A DNA stretch of 61,071 nucleotides, taken from positions 1 through 61,071 of the IMG/VR virus record IMGVR_UViG_3300005611_000024; one strand, 5' to 3'. This document shows positions 28,499 through 38,268 of this stretch, one piece after another (the stretch's first letter is position 1; every line of letters starts with the position of its first letter). The position numbers and the translations under genes are program-made. The stretch is from a virus (taxonomy: Duplodnaviria > Caudoviricetes). Below the pieces are notes generated by a model, which saw only the letters and a list, made by a program, of their open reading frames with translations, searched no databases and was not told the origin of the DNA.

Positions 28499-28927
28499 TT
28501 ATGCACGTTCGTAGCCACGTGGGTCATCCACTACAGCTTCTACTGTGTCGTCATTAATAATGCGAAACTCTCTTCCGTGAATCTTGATTCGAGTTCCAGA
28601 ATATGCCCTTGTTATAACAAAGTCTCCCTCTTTACACCAAGGACCTGTAGGAAATCTGTCTTTATCTAAGTAAGCCATATCTCCTAATTTCATAACAAAT
28701 AAAACTACTGTTGAATGTTCTTCAATATTTCTCGTCTTATCTGATTTAATTATCCCACTCTCATACGCTTCATCTACTGTAGGTACAGCACATAATATGC
28801 GATATCCTTTAACATCAGGTAATTGCGTAGGTTTGGTTTCTTCTACATCAATTTTAGGTGGTGTCATAGGTACACCAGATGCAGATACAATTTCTTTAGT
28901 AGGTGTTTGTATTTCACTCATCGTCAT
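28499..28927 (-). CDS. groES: GroES-like co-chaperonin
   Basis: GYRIL...SGII...PWCKEGDFV..RAYSGTRIKIHGREFRIINDD. Confidence 0.85.
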   Translation of the reverse strand: MTMSEIQTPTKEIVSASGVPMTPPKIDVEETKPTQLPDVKGYRILCAVPTVDEAYESGIIKSDKTRNIEEHSTVVLFVMKLGDMAYLDKDRFPTGPWCKEGDFVITRAYSGTRIKIHGREFRIINDDTVEAVVDDPRGYERA

Positions 28928-29105
28928 TCTCCATATGTTGTGCTAAAGAAGCGATAAGTCCTTGAGCTATTTGAAAACCTCTGATTACTCCACATGCGTG
29001 CATGTATTGGGCGTATTCTTCGGCTCTACCTTGTGCCATATCATCTTTCATGCGTTGTTCTTCCTCACCTAACTGTTTGGCGAGAATCATTAACGATTCA
29101 TCCAT
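28914..29105 (-). CDS. Hypothetical protein
   Basis: 63 aa with YxxxxGxIxG motif, follows portal. Confidence 0.65.
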   Translation of the reverse strand: MDESLMILAKQLGEEEQRMKDDMAQGRAEEYAQYMHACGVIRGFQIAQGLIASLAQHMENDDE

Positions 29106-29127
29106 TTCTCTCTCCTTTTGCGTTTAA

Positions 29128-31569
29128 TTACGTTTCATTTCTCTTTTGCTTTACGGCTTCAGCACCTAACTTAGTACCTTCCATAAATTCTTTTGCATCC
29201 AACTGTTTTTGTTGGTTGACTGCGTCAGCACCAATCTTAGCACCAGCGATTCTTTCTTGCGACTCTATTCTCATTTTCTCCAATTCAAGTCTTGCTTGGT
29301 CAAGAGCCGAGTCATCATTCATCTTCTTAGCTTTTGCTTGAGCTTCCATTTGTTTAATTTGTAACTCTTGTTTTTGTATCTGTAACAGTGGGTCATCTTC
29401 TTGTTGTTGAATCTGTTGTTGCTTCGCTTCATTAATATTATTTTGTAGCAACTGTTGTCCTGCTTTAGATACAAGTCTTGAGAGTTCTACTTCCACATCA
29501 TCTGGTAATACTTCATTTGGTGGAGGTAGTGGGGCTCCAAGTTCTTCTTCAATTCTCTTACGATATTCAAACGCAATATGTTCTGCTATGTGAGCTTCTA
29601 CAGCAGATTGTACTTTTGCTGCATTTGGGCTTTGACCTACTAACTCTCTAATTTTAGGGTCTTCGGCAAAAGCCATATGAGTCTTGATATGGGCTTCGTG
29701 GTCTTGGTATATAAATGCTTTTACAGGTTTACCGTTAATAAGATTCATATTCTCTGAAACAGGGTTCATAGGTTTGATATCATCTTTCTTAGGTAATAAT
29801 TTTTCAGCATTTTTTATACCAAGTACATCTAACATTTGTCGGTTAAGTTCCACCATATCATAGATATCTGGGTTCTGTTGTGCCAACTGCATGACTGCTT
29901 GATACTGAACAACTTTCTGTGACATAGTTGCAGCATTAGGGTCACTAACAGGAATTACATCCACCAAGTCATAGTCACTTTGTTTTGCCATTCTTGAACC
30001 TGTGTCAGGTGTATAAGAATATTCTGGTGGTGTAAAATCTCTAATAATATTTTTGAGTAATTTAAACTCTTGTTTCATTGCATAATGAATACGGCTTTGT
30101 ACCGCAGACATTACTTTTAATGTTCTTTCTAAGATAGCAAGTGTTGTTCCTACAGGAGCTTGAGCTGACATATCAGATACTTTTAAATCAGCAGCACTAG
30201 CAAATCTTCTACCTTCCTCAATAATCTGATTCATTAGTTGATTTAAAACTTGACTTGGTTCTTTATAAGGGAGTGGTAATATATTATCTCTGATGCTACC
30301 TGATGGTACATCCACATCTCTAAACTCAGCAGGGGATATTGGTGTATCATCACCTTTGATTCTAAGTCCTCTAGACTTAAATCCGCCTGGTAAATTAGAT
30401 AGTGTACCTGCATCTACTAACTGTCTGAGTATCATAGTTCCAGATTTAGCAAACGCACCTATTAAATGTATTAATCCAAAATGATAAAAACCAAAACCAG
30501 GGACATAACCATAGTGCACAAAGTGCTGACGTTTCTGTCTAGTTTTGTCATCTTGGTTCCAATTACGTCTGATAGCAAGTACTGTATTGGTACTCTTCTC
30601 TATAGTTACGACATAAGGTAATGCGATTCCTGTTTGTTCACCATCTACCTCATCTTCATAACCTTCTAAGTCTAAGTCAACGTGCATCTCTAGTATCTTG
30701 AAGCGACTATCTGTAGTTGCACTGAAACCCATCTTCTCAGCTATCTTTTTCTCTACATCATCTAAGTCATAAGTTGGTTCACCTAAGTCTACATCTTTAT
30801 AAAATCCTGCAACTTGTAATTTACGTAATTCATTTTGTGTTTTACGCATAACGTGAGTAACCCTTTCTGCACTTTCTAAATCAGATGCACCATAAGGTAC
30901 AACTAAATCTTCAGCTGGAATATACATAGAAACTTGACGTTCTAAGTTAGGGTCATAATAAACTTTCTTAAAAGCGTTACCTGCAAGACCTAAACCCCAT
31001 AACATTCTTTCGTGCTCAGGTCTATACTCAACCATTTTCTCGGTGAGTTGATAATTCATATTCTCTCTGACACGATTAGCAGCATCCATATTCTCTTCAG
31101 TTTCTTTGCCAATAATCGTAGTTTTAACTGGGCCACTCGCTGGAAAAGTTTCGGTCATAGTCTCTGCTTGAAACTTCACAAGAGTCTCTGTTAATAAAGG
31201 GTGATAAACATTACAAGCTCCTTCCCATGGTTCACTTCTGTCTTCTAATTTAAGACCTAAAAGGTCTAACCCATCTACATAAGTATCAAGCCAGTCTTTA
31301 CGAGAACTTACGTCTCCTGCATAATCACCGATTAAATCACTAGCTAACTTTTCAAGTAAGTCATCATCCATTTCTTCTGCAAGGTTTGCAGCGAACTCAT
31401 CATCGTCCATACGGTCAGGGTCTATGGTAATCTCCATATCTCCTGCTTTAATAGTGACTTCTTCTGGGTCTTCGATTTCTATTTCTAAATCAGGCTCTTC
31501 TTGAGCCATCTCTTCCATACCAAGAGGAGCTTGGTATAACCCTTTATCAACGTTGTTGTCTTGTGCCAT
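29128..31569 (-). CDS. Portal protein
   Basis: 813 aa after TerL; GNAFKKVYYD, GFGFYHFGLIH, long C-terminal coiled coil. Confidence 0.88.
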   Translation of the reverse strand: MAQDNNVDKGLYQAPLGMEEMAQEEPDLEIEIEDPEEVTIKAGDMEITIDPDRMDDDEFAANLAEEMDDDLLEKLASDLIGDYAGDVSSRKDWLDTYVDGLDLLGLKLEDRSEPWEGACNVYHPLLTETLVKFQAETMTETFPASGPVKTTIIGKETEENMDAANRVRENMNYQLTEKMVEYRPEHERMLWGLGLAGNAFKKVYYDPNLERQVSMYIPAEDLVVPYGASDLESAERVTHVMRKTQNELRKLQVAGFYKDVDLGEPTYDLDDVEKKIAEKMGFSATTDSRFKILEMHVDLDLEGYEDEVDGEQTGIALPYVVTIEKSTNTVLAIRRNWNQDDKTRQKRQHFVHYGYVPGFGFYHFGLIHLIGAFAKSGTMILRQLVDAGTLSNLPGGFKSRGLRIKGDDTPISPAEFRDVDVPSGSIRDNILPLPYKEPSQVLNQLMNQIIEEGRRFASAADLKVSDMSAQAPVGTTLAILERTLKVMSAVQSRIHYAMKQEFKLLKNIIRDFTPPEYSYTPDTGSRMAKQSDYDLVDVIPVSDPNAATMSQKVVQYQAVMQLAQQNPDIYDMVELNRQMLDVLGIKNAEKLLPKKDDIKPMNPVSENMNLINGKPVKAFIYQDHEAHIKTHMAFAEDPKIRELVGQSPNAAKVQSAVEAHIAEHIAFEYRKRIEEELGAPLPPPNEVLPDDVEVELSRLVSKAGQQLLQNNINEAKQQQIQQQEDDPLLQIQKQELQIKQMEAQAKAKKMNDDSALDQARLELEKMRIESQERIAGAKIGADAVNQQKQLDAKEFMEGTKLGAEAVKQKRNET

Positions 31570-31578
31570 AATTTTTTC

Positions 31579-31692
31579 CTATAGTATACAGATTATCAAT
31601 AATATTAATAAAACTGCACTTATAATTTTGTGGTAAGTATTATATTTATCCATTACCCATCTTCCTGCTTCTCTCAACTTTTGATATAACAT
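31579..31692 (-). CDS. 37-aa membrane peptide
   Basis: MLYQKLREAGRW...IISAVLLILLIICIL; GGAG SD. Confidence 0.55.
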   Translation of the reverse strand: MLYQKLREAGRWVMDKYNTYHKIISAVLLILLIICIL

Positions 31693-31706
31693 AATTATCT
31701 CCGTTG

Positions 31707-33236
31707 TTAAATAACATACAGACGTTTCTGATTGTACCTTCTAAAACTCGGAATGTCATCTTCTTCGTCACTCGGCAACCTAATAAATCCGCCCTGCCTA
31801 AATCTCATTAAGGCAAGCGTTGTCGCATCCACTAGGTCATCATTCGCACCTGAAGGAAAATCGTTACACTCTTCTATCACTTCGTGTGCCCATCTTCTGT
31901 CTGGTGCCCATACTATACCTGAATTAAATAAATCAGACACAGCGTTCACACGACTAATTTTATCCTGTCCTTTGCCTGGTGTAAACTCTCCTACAGGAAT
32001 CCCCATACGTCTAAATTCTTGGTAAAGTGCAGCACCGTTTGACTTTTTCTCTACCACGAACGCATCAGGCTCCCACGATTTATACTCTTCTAGACATAAT
32101 TCTTTGAGCTCTGGAAACTCCAGTCTCTGCTTAATAGCATCTAGAAGAATAATATTATAGTTATTAGTTTCTTCATTCATAAACACACCCCAAGTAGTCA
32201 GGGCATTGTAGTCAGCACGGTTATTCTTTTCTTGAGCCGCATCAAGTGTCATAATAATAAATTCACAACTGGGTGGGTTTTCTTCTTCCCATATGTTCCA
32301 CCACTCACGTTTTATTAGAGCACCTTCTTCAGATACTGGGTTTTGTAAATACTGTGCGTTCCAATAGCGTATATCTAATGCTGCTCGTCTAGACTTTAGT
32401 TCTTCCAATGACCAGAACTCAGGCCACAATGGTACTTCCTCTCCGTCTTGTTCTAGTATCGCTGGAAACTCTACCACTTCCCAGTCGTCTACTTCATCAT
32501 TCTTCACCATCTGGTTGACAATCTGTCCTGTTAAGTCAAGTTTTGACCAACGCGTCATCACCACAATAATCGCACCACCTGGCATTAGACGTTGTAGGGG
32601 TCCTGATTGAAACCATTCCCAAGCGGGTAGAAAAACATCTGGCTTTCCTAGCTTTGCATCTTGCTCAGAATGAGGGTCGTCAATAATAAATAAATCAGCC
32701 CCACGACCAGCCAAAGCACCCCCCACACCAATAGCGAAATACTCGCCATTAAAGTTCGTACCCCAACGGGACGCTGACTTAGAGTCCGCCTGGAGCGACA
32801 CATCTGGGAATATATCTTTGTACGAGTCCGAACCAACCAAATTTCGAACTCTACGGCCAAAGTTGACAGCCAAATCCGCAGTGTGCGAAGCCATAATGAC
32901 CTTTTTGGCTGGGTGCTTTCCCAAAAACCACGCAGGTGCGAGATAAGATATGAGCTCACTTTTACCGTGCCTTGGTGCAATATTAACAATAACTCTTTTG
33001 CGTTTACCTTCAGCAATTTCTTCAAATAATTTAGCCAATTTTGCATGATGTGCTCCTACTTTGTAGTCTGGATAGACGTGTCTAATAAATTCTAAGAAAG
33101 TTTTACCGCCAGCTTCTTTAACTAGCTCGGCTTTGTATTGTTGAAGCAGTTGTAGATTGCGAAGTCGCTCGGTCTCGCTCATCTGTGGGAGTGCTTGCTC
33201 CAATAACTCTAAATCTTTAGGGCTAATCATCCTCAA
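31707..33236 (-). CDS. terL: Terminase large subunit
   Basis: Walker A APRHGKS, Walker B FIIDDP, nuclease acidic motifs (DAA, VEKK, NDDLVD). Confidence 0.95.
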   Translation of the reverse strand: MRMISPKDLELLEQALPQMSETERLRNLQLLQQYKAELVKEAGGKTFLEFIRHVYPDYKVGAHHAKLAKLFEEIAEGKRKRVIVNIAPRHGKSELISYLAPAWFLGKHPAKKVIMASHTADLAVNFGRRVRNLVGSDSYKDIFPDVSLQADSKSASRWGTNFNGEYFAIGVGGALAGRGADLFIIDDPHSEQDAKLGKPDVFLPAWEWFQSGPLQRLMPGGAIIVVMTRWSKLDLTGQIVNQMVKNDEVDDWEVVEFPAILEQDGEEVPLWPEFWSLEELKSRRAALDIRYWNAQYLQNPVSEEGALIKREWWNIWEEENPPSCEFIIMTLDAAQEKNNRADYNALTTWGVFMNEETNNYNIILLDAIKQRLEFPELKELCLEEYKSWEPDAFVVEKKSNGAALYQEFRRMGIPVGEFTPGKGQDKISRVNAVSDLFNSGIVWAPDRRWAHEVIEECNDFPSGANDDLVDATTLALMRFRQGGFIRLPSDEEDDIPSFRRYNQKRLYVI

Positions 33237-33816
33237 ACTCCACGTCTTGTACTTCTACCACTTCTCTAGTATGTATAATCTTGCCTTTTAGTTCTTGTAT
33301 AGTCTTCATTAGTTCTTTTTCTAACTCTTCACCTGACTTATTGATGTGAGTTACCTCAGTTTTCTTCTTAAATGCGTCTACTCCGTCTATTTCACCCACA
33401 GCTTTGAATGCACTAATACGTTCTCTAGCATTTTTAGCTGAATAAGCCTCTTGTAACAGGCCATTGAGCACCGATAACTTAATATCTGCAAGGTCTTTTG
33501 CCACCATATGACTAGTCTGCGACACTAAACCTGCAAGATAAGCTATGGTTTCATTAGGATAAGTGCCAAAATCTGGTCTAAGCTCAGGATTTTTCATCAT
33601 TTCTTGAGCTAATTGTTCTGCTTGCTCCATATTCTCTTTAGATGGCTCTATGTTTTCCTCAGATATATCCGCCAAAAGCTTGATAGTATTGGTTCTAGCT
33701 TCTAATTCTTCTTGTGGAGATAAATCTGGTAATGCTTCACGAGCATTCTTTGGTAATGGAACGTTGTCCTCTATATGTGGAACTACTATTGTTTGGTTCT
33801 CAGAGTCTATTATCAT
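33223..33816 (-). CDS. Probable terminase small subunit
   Basis: Helical 197-aa protein directly upstream of and overlapping TerL. Confidence 0.55.
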   Translation of the reverse strand: MIIDSENQTIVVPHIEDNVPLPKNAREALPDLSPQEELEARTNTIKLLADISEENIEPSKENMEQAEQLAQEMMKNPELRPDFGTYPNETIAYLAGLVSQTSHMVAKDLADIKLSVLNGLLQEAYSAKNARERISAFKAVGEIDGVDAFKKKTEVTHINKSGEELEKELMKTIQELKGKIIHTREVVEVQDVEFEDD

Positions 33817-33915
33817 GTGTCGCTGTTTACACCTATATATTAATTGCAGCTTACTTTACAAACTCCTAGTATAATATATAATTATAAGTAATACAATGAA
33901 ACTTGAGAGGTTTCT

Positions 33916-34206
33916 ATGAAGATGGATTTAACGAGAGATGGAGTTTTGCATTTAGATATCTTTGATGTGGAGACTCAAGAAGAGAGAGACCAATTTATAT
34001 ATTACTATCTAGGGCTTTCCCGCAACGTCAAGAAAAAGTTTGAGAATGCTTATTACGCAGCCTATAATAAAAAATTATTAGGAGAACCTGAAGCAAATAT
34101 CATTCACACAGATGTACACGGAGTTACTCATATTGAAGTACATCCCCACGATATCGTAAATAATCTAAAGCTTATTAAGCAGATTATACTAAGTGAACAA
34201 CAATGA
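33916..34206 (+). CDS. Hypothetical protein
   Basis: GAGG SD. Confidence 0.6.
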   Translation: MKMDLTRDGVLHLDIFDVETQEERDQFIYYYLGLSRNVKKKFENAYYAAYNKKLLGEPEANIIHTDVHGVTHIEVHPHDIVNNLKLIKQIILSEQQ

Positions 34207-34463
34207 AAAAAAGAGAAAAAGTAAATAAACAACTAGACGAAATGTTTTTGGTCTGCTGGAAAGACCACACCGCTAATGCATCTTGGGTTGACGATATAGA
34301 GAAAGAAAAGTTTACGACTTGCTGGTCTGTGGGTTGGCTCAAAGGTGAAGATGATGATTGCATCAAACTCGTAGATACATACACTGATGACAACACAGTA
34401 GGTGGAGTTATGGTAATTTTAAAGTCTTGCATTGTTGAGATGTATATGATAGAAATGGAATAA
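34203..34463 (+). CDS. Hypothetical phage protein (VxWxD...W...SVGWL)
   Basis: ATGA coupling; recurrent phage motif. Confidence 0.7.
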   Translation: MKKREKVNKQLDEMFLVCWKDHTANASWVDDIEKEKFTTCWSVGWLKGEDDDCIKLVDTYTDDNTVGGVMVILKSCIVEMYMIEME

Positions 34464-34567
34464 GTAAAGTTTTAGGACAAATATAGTCCCCTACGTAACG
34501 ATGATTTTTGGGTTTTTAATATTTTCAGCCCAGCCTCGAGTTTAAGTTTATTGTCGTTACTTCTTTT

Positions 34568-34596
34568 CCCCCACGTTTAACGCTGGGGGTTTTTTT
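34568..34596 (+). terminator. Intrinsic terminator
   Basis: CCCCCACG..CGCTGGGGG stem followed by T7. Confidence 0.7.
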
Positions 34597-34598
34597 GT

Positions 34599-34700
34599 CT
34601 ACAGTTTATGAGGCATCAACCCACGATAGTATAACCTTCTATACTGTCCGTTAATCTTACGGTTTGGGTGTGCTGCCATTATCTTTGCGAGTATATACAT
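34599..34700 (-). CDS. Basic 33-aa peptide
   Basis: GGGAGG SD before MYILAKIM... Confidence 0.45.
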   Translation of the reverse strand: MYILAKIMAAHPNRKINGQYRRLYYRGLMPHKL

Positions 34701-35020
34701 ATCGCCTCCCTTGTTGAAACTTAGGTAAGCTTTTCTCCCATGCTTTATGGCTTCATTGAGTATACCTTGGTTTTTCAATTTTTTACATAAAATTTTTTTC
34801 AATGTGCCTTTTCGTTTACAAGGGGGCCACTTCCTGTATTAGTAAAGTTACGAGCTGGACTTTGAAAATGTTTTGATAATTTGTGTAGATTATTGTGTAT
34901 ACACCGATACATATATTACGCAGATATTTGGGGGGTTGGGGATAGGTGGGGTCAATAGTGGATTAATTAGTAAAGTTATGCTTTAATTATACTGTGATTA
35001 ACAAAAACTATGGAGGCTTT

Positions 35021-35188
35021 ATGAAGCAATTAGAACTAAATATATATCCTGCTTGTATTAGGATATTCACACCACTTGATAAATTAGCTAGGCATATGAG
35101 AATGTTTAGAGTTGATTTCACATATGATGAATTACTTGAGTGGCATAAAGAAGCTAACGCGTTAACACAGCAAGTTAGCAAAAGATAA
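35021..35188 (+). CDS. Early hypothetical protein
   Basis: GGAGG SD before MKQLEL. Confidence 0.65.
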   Translation: MKQLELNIYPACIRIFTPLDKLARHMRMFRVDFTYDELLEWHKEANALTQQVSKR

Positions 35189-35234
35189 TTAAGATTGGGC
35201 AAGGACGCTCAGAACTTTTACCTTGGAGGTAAAT

Positions 35235-35453
35235 ATGAAATTGTTTAATATACAATACAAATCCACAGAGCATAATAATCTTAATATTGAGGCTGAGACA
35301 GAAGAAGAGGCAATAAGAATCTTCAGAGCCCTTGTTGCAAGATACGGTGTTCTTAGTATACACGATGTAAAAGACCATGACCGTTTTAATGGTGATGTTT
35401 TTACAGATGCTGTTACAAGTCTCAGAATAAAAGGCGTCAAAGCTAGCAAATAG
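35235..35453 (+). CDS. Early hypothetical protein
   Basis: GGAGG SD before MKLFNI. Confidence 0.65.
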   Translation: MKLFNIQYKSTEHNNLNIEAETEEEAIRIFRALVARYGVLSIHDVKDHDRFNGDVFTDAVTSLRIKGVKASK

Positions 35454-35481
35454 TTAGGACAGAACAAGGAAGTTCACTTTG

Positions 35482-35516
35482 GCAGGGCTTAGAGAAATCT
35501 AGGTCCTGCTTTTTTT
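35482..35516 (+). terminator. Intrinsic terminator
   Basis: GCAGGGCTTAGA-GAAA-TCTAGGTCCTGC followed by a T run. Confidence 0.85.
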
Positions 35517-35710
35517 GTGCCTAATAAAATGATACCAGTTATCCGCCGCCGACCTCGTTGCGACGACGATATGAGTACTGAGATATCTCAGTGGTAATAG
35601 TAGAGAATATCTTAGATGATAGTATAATTATTTCAAGGTTGAGAGATTACCGCCTATTGGTATACCTTGTAAAAGCAATCAAGCTATCCTGTTTTAAAAG
35701 GTAAATTATT

Positions 35711-36361
35711 ATGAAAAAAGATAATTTAAAAAACTTAATGCGCTCTTTTGTGAACGCTAAAAAGAAAGTTAAGGATGTAGCATTAGACATCTTTAATGAG
35801 TTAGGACTAGATAACATTTCTAATCTTAAAACATTGGACGCTTGTAAGAATAAAGTTAAAAATGTTTTAAATGAAGTTAGAAGCGATTATATTCCAGAAA
35901 TTGCTGTACAGCATAGCGAGAATATATCTAGTGAATATAGTTTATTTCTAAATAGAGTAAAAGATGTATTTGTCGCGGATAAGAAAGGCTCTACTAAATT
36001 TACTCCTTATCAGTGTTATATGATGAGTAGAAATGATTATAGCAATCTTAGTAAAGAAAAGGCACCTACTAACAAATACAAGGAAGCTGGTGCTAGTCTT
36101 AAATCTCATATAAAACCTGTAAGGGATAAAATGAGAGAGCTAGTAGACAATACCAATAGAGAGTTAAAAGCGGAGTTAGTAGAATTGCTTAAAACTCAAA
36201 ATGGTATTGTTAGTAAGGAAAAACCTAAAACAAAAGCAGGGGAAATTAAAAAAGCGAAGGATGGACTAGATAATGCTAGAAAATCTTTTGAATATTTAGG
36301 AGACCTTGAAATGCTGGAGTGGTTAAACACTGCACCTAATAAGGATTATCGTCCTGTGTAA
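35711..36361 (+). CDS. Early hypothetical protein (basic, helical)
   Basis: 216-aa ORF flanked by TATAAT upstream and a terminator downstream. Confidence 0.75.
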   Translation: MKKDNLKNLMRSFVNAKKKVKDVALDIFNELGLDNISNLKTLDACKNKVKNVLNEVRSDYIPEIAVQHSENISSEYSLFLNRVKDVFVADKKGSTKFTPYQCYMMSRNDYSNLSKEKAPTNKYKEAGASLKSHIKPVRDKMRELVDNTNRELKAELVELLKTQNGIVSKEKPKTKAGEIKKAKDGLDNARKSFEYLGDLEMLEWLNTAPNKDYRPV

Positions 36362-36390
36362 TTTAGGATAGCATAAGGAAGTGCATTTTT

Positions 36391-36427
36391 AGCTGAGTTA
36401 GATTAATTTCTAGCTCAGCTTTTTTTT
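36391..36427 (+). terminator. Intrinsic terminator
   Basis: AGCTGAGTTAGA..TCTAGCTCAGCT followed by a T run. Confidence 0.85.
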
Positions 36428-36620
36428 GGCTCAAAATTTTTTGAAACCAGTTACCCACGACGACGACGATACGACACTGAGAAATCTCAGTACTTGTTTT
36501 AGTCTGCGTCAAAACTCTATCATTTAAGAAAATCAAATATGACACGAAACACATCACAAAGTGAAACCAGTTATTCGCCGACGACACTATTCACGAACGC
36601 TGAGAAATCTCAGTACTCAA

Positions 36621-37039
36621 TGTTCCACGCTGTGAACTTTGTTCCAAAATGCGTTTTTTGGTTGGAACGGATTTTCGTTGTATGGCTAGGATTGTGAGCG
36701 TTTGTTCCAATGTTCCAATGTTCCAACAGGGTATATGTCTGGTTTTTCAAAATTACGAGGTCAAGAGGTTATTTTTCGCAGTGCATTCAAGGCTCTCTAC
36801 ACAGACCGTCCTATTTTTCGCTTGGAACATTGGAACAAAACAACATAAACTATACTAACTAAAAAAATATTAATATATAAAACAATAACTTAGCTAACCC
36901 CGTTCTCTTTGTTCCGTTCCATTAGTAAAGTTAAAACGCCGTTTTTTTCTGGAACACTTGGAACAACCTTATATATCAATAACTTACACTTTGTTCCAAA
37001 TCGTGTTCCAACATAACTTTACAAATAGAACGGAACAAA
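36621..37039. other. Putative replication origin: TGTTCCA iterons, inverted repeats, IHF consensus site
   Basis: 11 exact TGTTCCA/TGGAACA in ~400 bp of non-coding DNA; TATCAATAACTTA at 36974. Confidence 0.65.
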
Positions 37040-37140
37040 ACTCAAAAAACCACGCCGAAAACAGACGCAAACTACAAAATCTGTCATCTAAGAAAACGAA
37101 ATATGACACAAAACACATCGCAAAAATAAAGTGAAATCGC

Positions 37141-37168
37141 TTGGGAATTAGTAAAGTTATGTTATAAT
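37141..37168 (+). promoter_or_regulatory. Early promoter (TTGGGA-16-TATAAT, extended -10)
   Basis: TGtTATAAT; same architecture as 38341. Confidence 0.7.
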
Positions 37169-37264
37169 GGTTGTATAGTGTGAGTAGAGATATTATTTTA
37201 TGACACTATATAAACTTAAACTTAACGCTGAGAAATCTCAGCACTTGAAAAGAGAGGTAACAAA

Positions 37265-37588
37265 ATGACAAACAAAATAGCAAACAAAGACGCAAGAGAA
37301 TATATAAATAGATGTGAGGACTTTACAGGTAACAATACTTTTGGGCAGAGAGAAGTAAACCAATATATCGTATATAGTTACAGCACACACTTTCCAATGT
37401 ATGTCTATGACTACACCACGCAAGAGTGGTACGCAAACAGCGACAAGTATTCACAGACTACATCAAAACACCAATCGCAATGCAGACCTAGTTTTGAGAT
37501 TGCGAGAGAGTTTAATACAGCAGACCTACAAAACCTTATTGACAGAGGTAGTCTTGCAGAGTGGGTAAAGTGGAAAGCAGTCGCTTAA
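37265..37588 (+). CDS. Early hypothetical protein (YxVYSYxxHxP...YSxTTSKHQ)
   Basis: GAGG SD; recurrent phage motif. Confidence 0.75.
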   Translation: MTNKIANKDAREYINRCEDFTGNNTFGQREVNQYIVYSYSTHFPMYVYDYTTQEWYANSDKYSQTTSKHQSQCRPSFEIAREFNTADLQNLIDRGSLAEWVKWKAVA

Positions 37589-37636
37589 TTATTTAATTGC
37601 TGAGAAATCTCAGCACATAACACAGAGAGGTGAAAG

Positions 37637-37807
37637 ATGAGTAAAATAAATAAATTACAAAAAGAAGTAGATGAGGCATTAAGCTTATGTACTACCAATT
37701 TTGAAAGAAGTATGTGTAGCCATTTCTTAAATAAAGACCTAGAAGAATATGGATATACCTTGAGTGTATACGATAAAGTAATACCATTGGAGAAAAACTA
37801 TGAGTAA
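37637..37807 (+). CDS. Hypothetical 56-aa protein
   Basis: Manually translated MSKINKLQ...; GAGG SD. Confidence 0.65.
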   Translation: MSKINKLQKEVDEALSLCTTNFERSMCSHFLNKDLEEYGYTLSVYDKVIPLEKNYE

Positions 37808-38006
37808 ATATTATTGTAGATGTTGCGAAACACATATCCCTGTAAAACGCGTACAGCTCGGCTATGATACTTGTATACAATGTGGCGAGGAAGAGGCTAG
37901 ACAAGTAAATCACACAATCGTACCAATGCACAAGTCCAACTATGTCGTAATCAGCGATAAGGCAGACTTGAAAGGTATCAATAACAAAGGGGGGTTATAC
38001 AGATGA
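37800..38006 (+). CDS. DksA/TraR-type C4 zinc-finger protein
   Basis: CRCC..HIPVKRVQLGYDTCIQC. Confidence 0.6.
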   Translation: MSKYYCRCCETHIPVKRVQLGYDTCIQCGEEEARQVNHTIVPMHKSNYVVISDKADLKGINNKGGLYR

Positions 38007-38161
38007 ACATATTAACTGATGACTTTGAGGTATCAATTAAGATAACTGTAATGGATACAGCAGGAAACTTTGAGGGTGAGTATCAATCAGAGATACTTGA
38101 TGACAAAACAGTACATGCAATTATGGAACAAGTAGCGAAAGCGAGAGGGGGTGTCAAATGA
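38003..38161 (+). CDS. Hypothetical 52-aa acidic protein
   Basis: ATGA coupling at both ends. Confidence 0.6.
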   Translation: MNILTDDFEVSIKITVMDTAGNFEGEYQSEILDDKTVHAIMEQVAKARGGVK

Positions 38162-38268
38162 ATGAATTTATATTGTATATAAAACTAACGATACTTGTAC
38201 TCATACCCTTATTGGTTATGGTGTCTTGTGGATTAGCTATCTTTATTCATAAGACAGGAGGATTGTAA
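38158..38268 (+). CDS. 36-aa membrane peptide
   Basis: Hydrophobic ORF, ATGA coupling. Confidence 0.45.
   Translation: MNEFILYIKLTILVLIPLLVMVSCGLAIFIHKTGGL

Noticed and set aside
34495-34560. GTAACGATGAT...ATTGTCGTTAC long-range stem as an ncRNA
   Set aside because: Only one imperfect stem with no further support; may just be 3' UTR structure
36649-36858. 69-aa ORF across the iteron region
   Set aside because: No SD; sequence is explained by the DNA repeats
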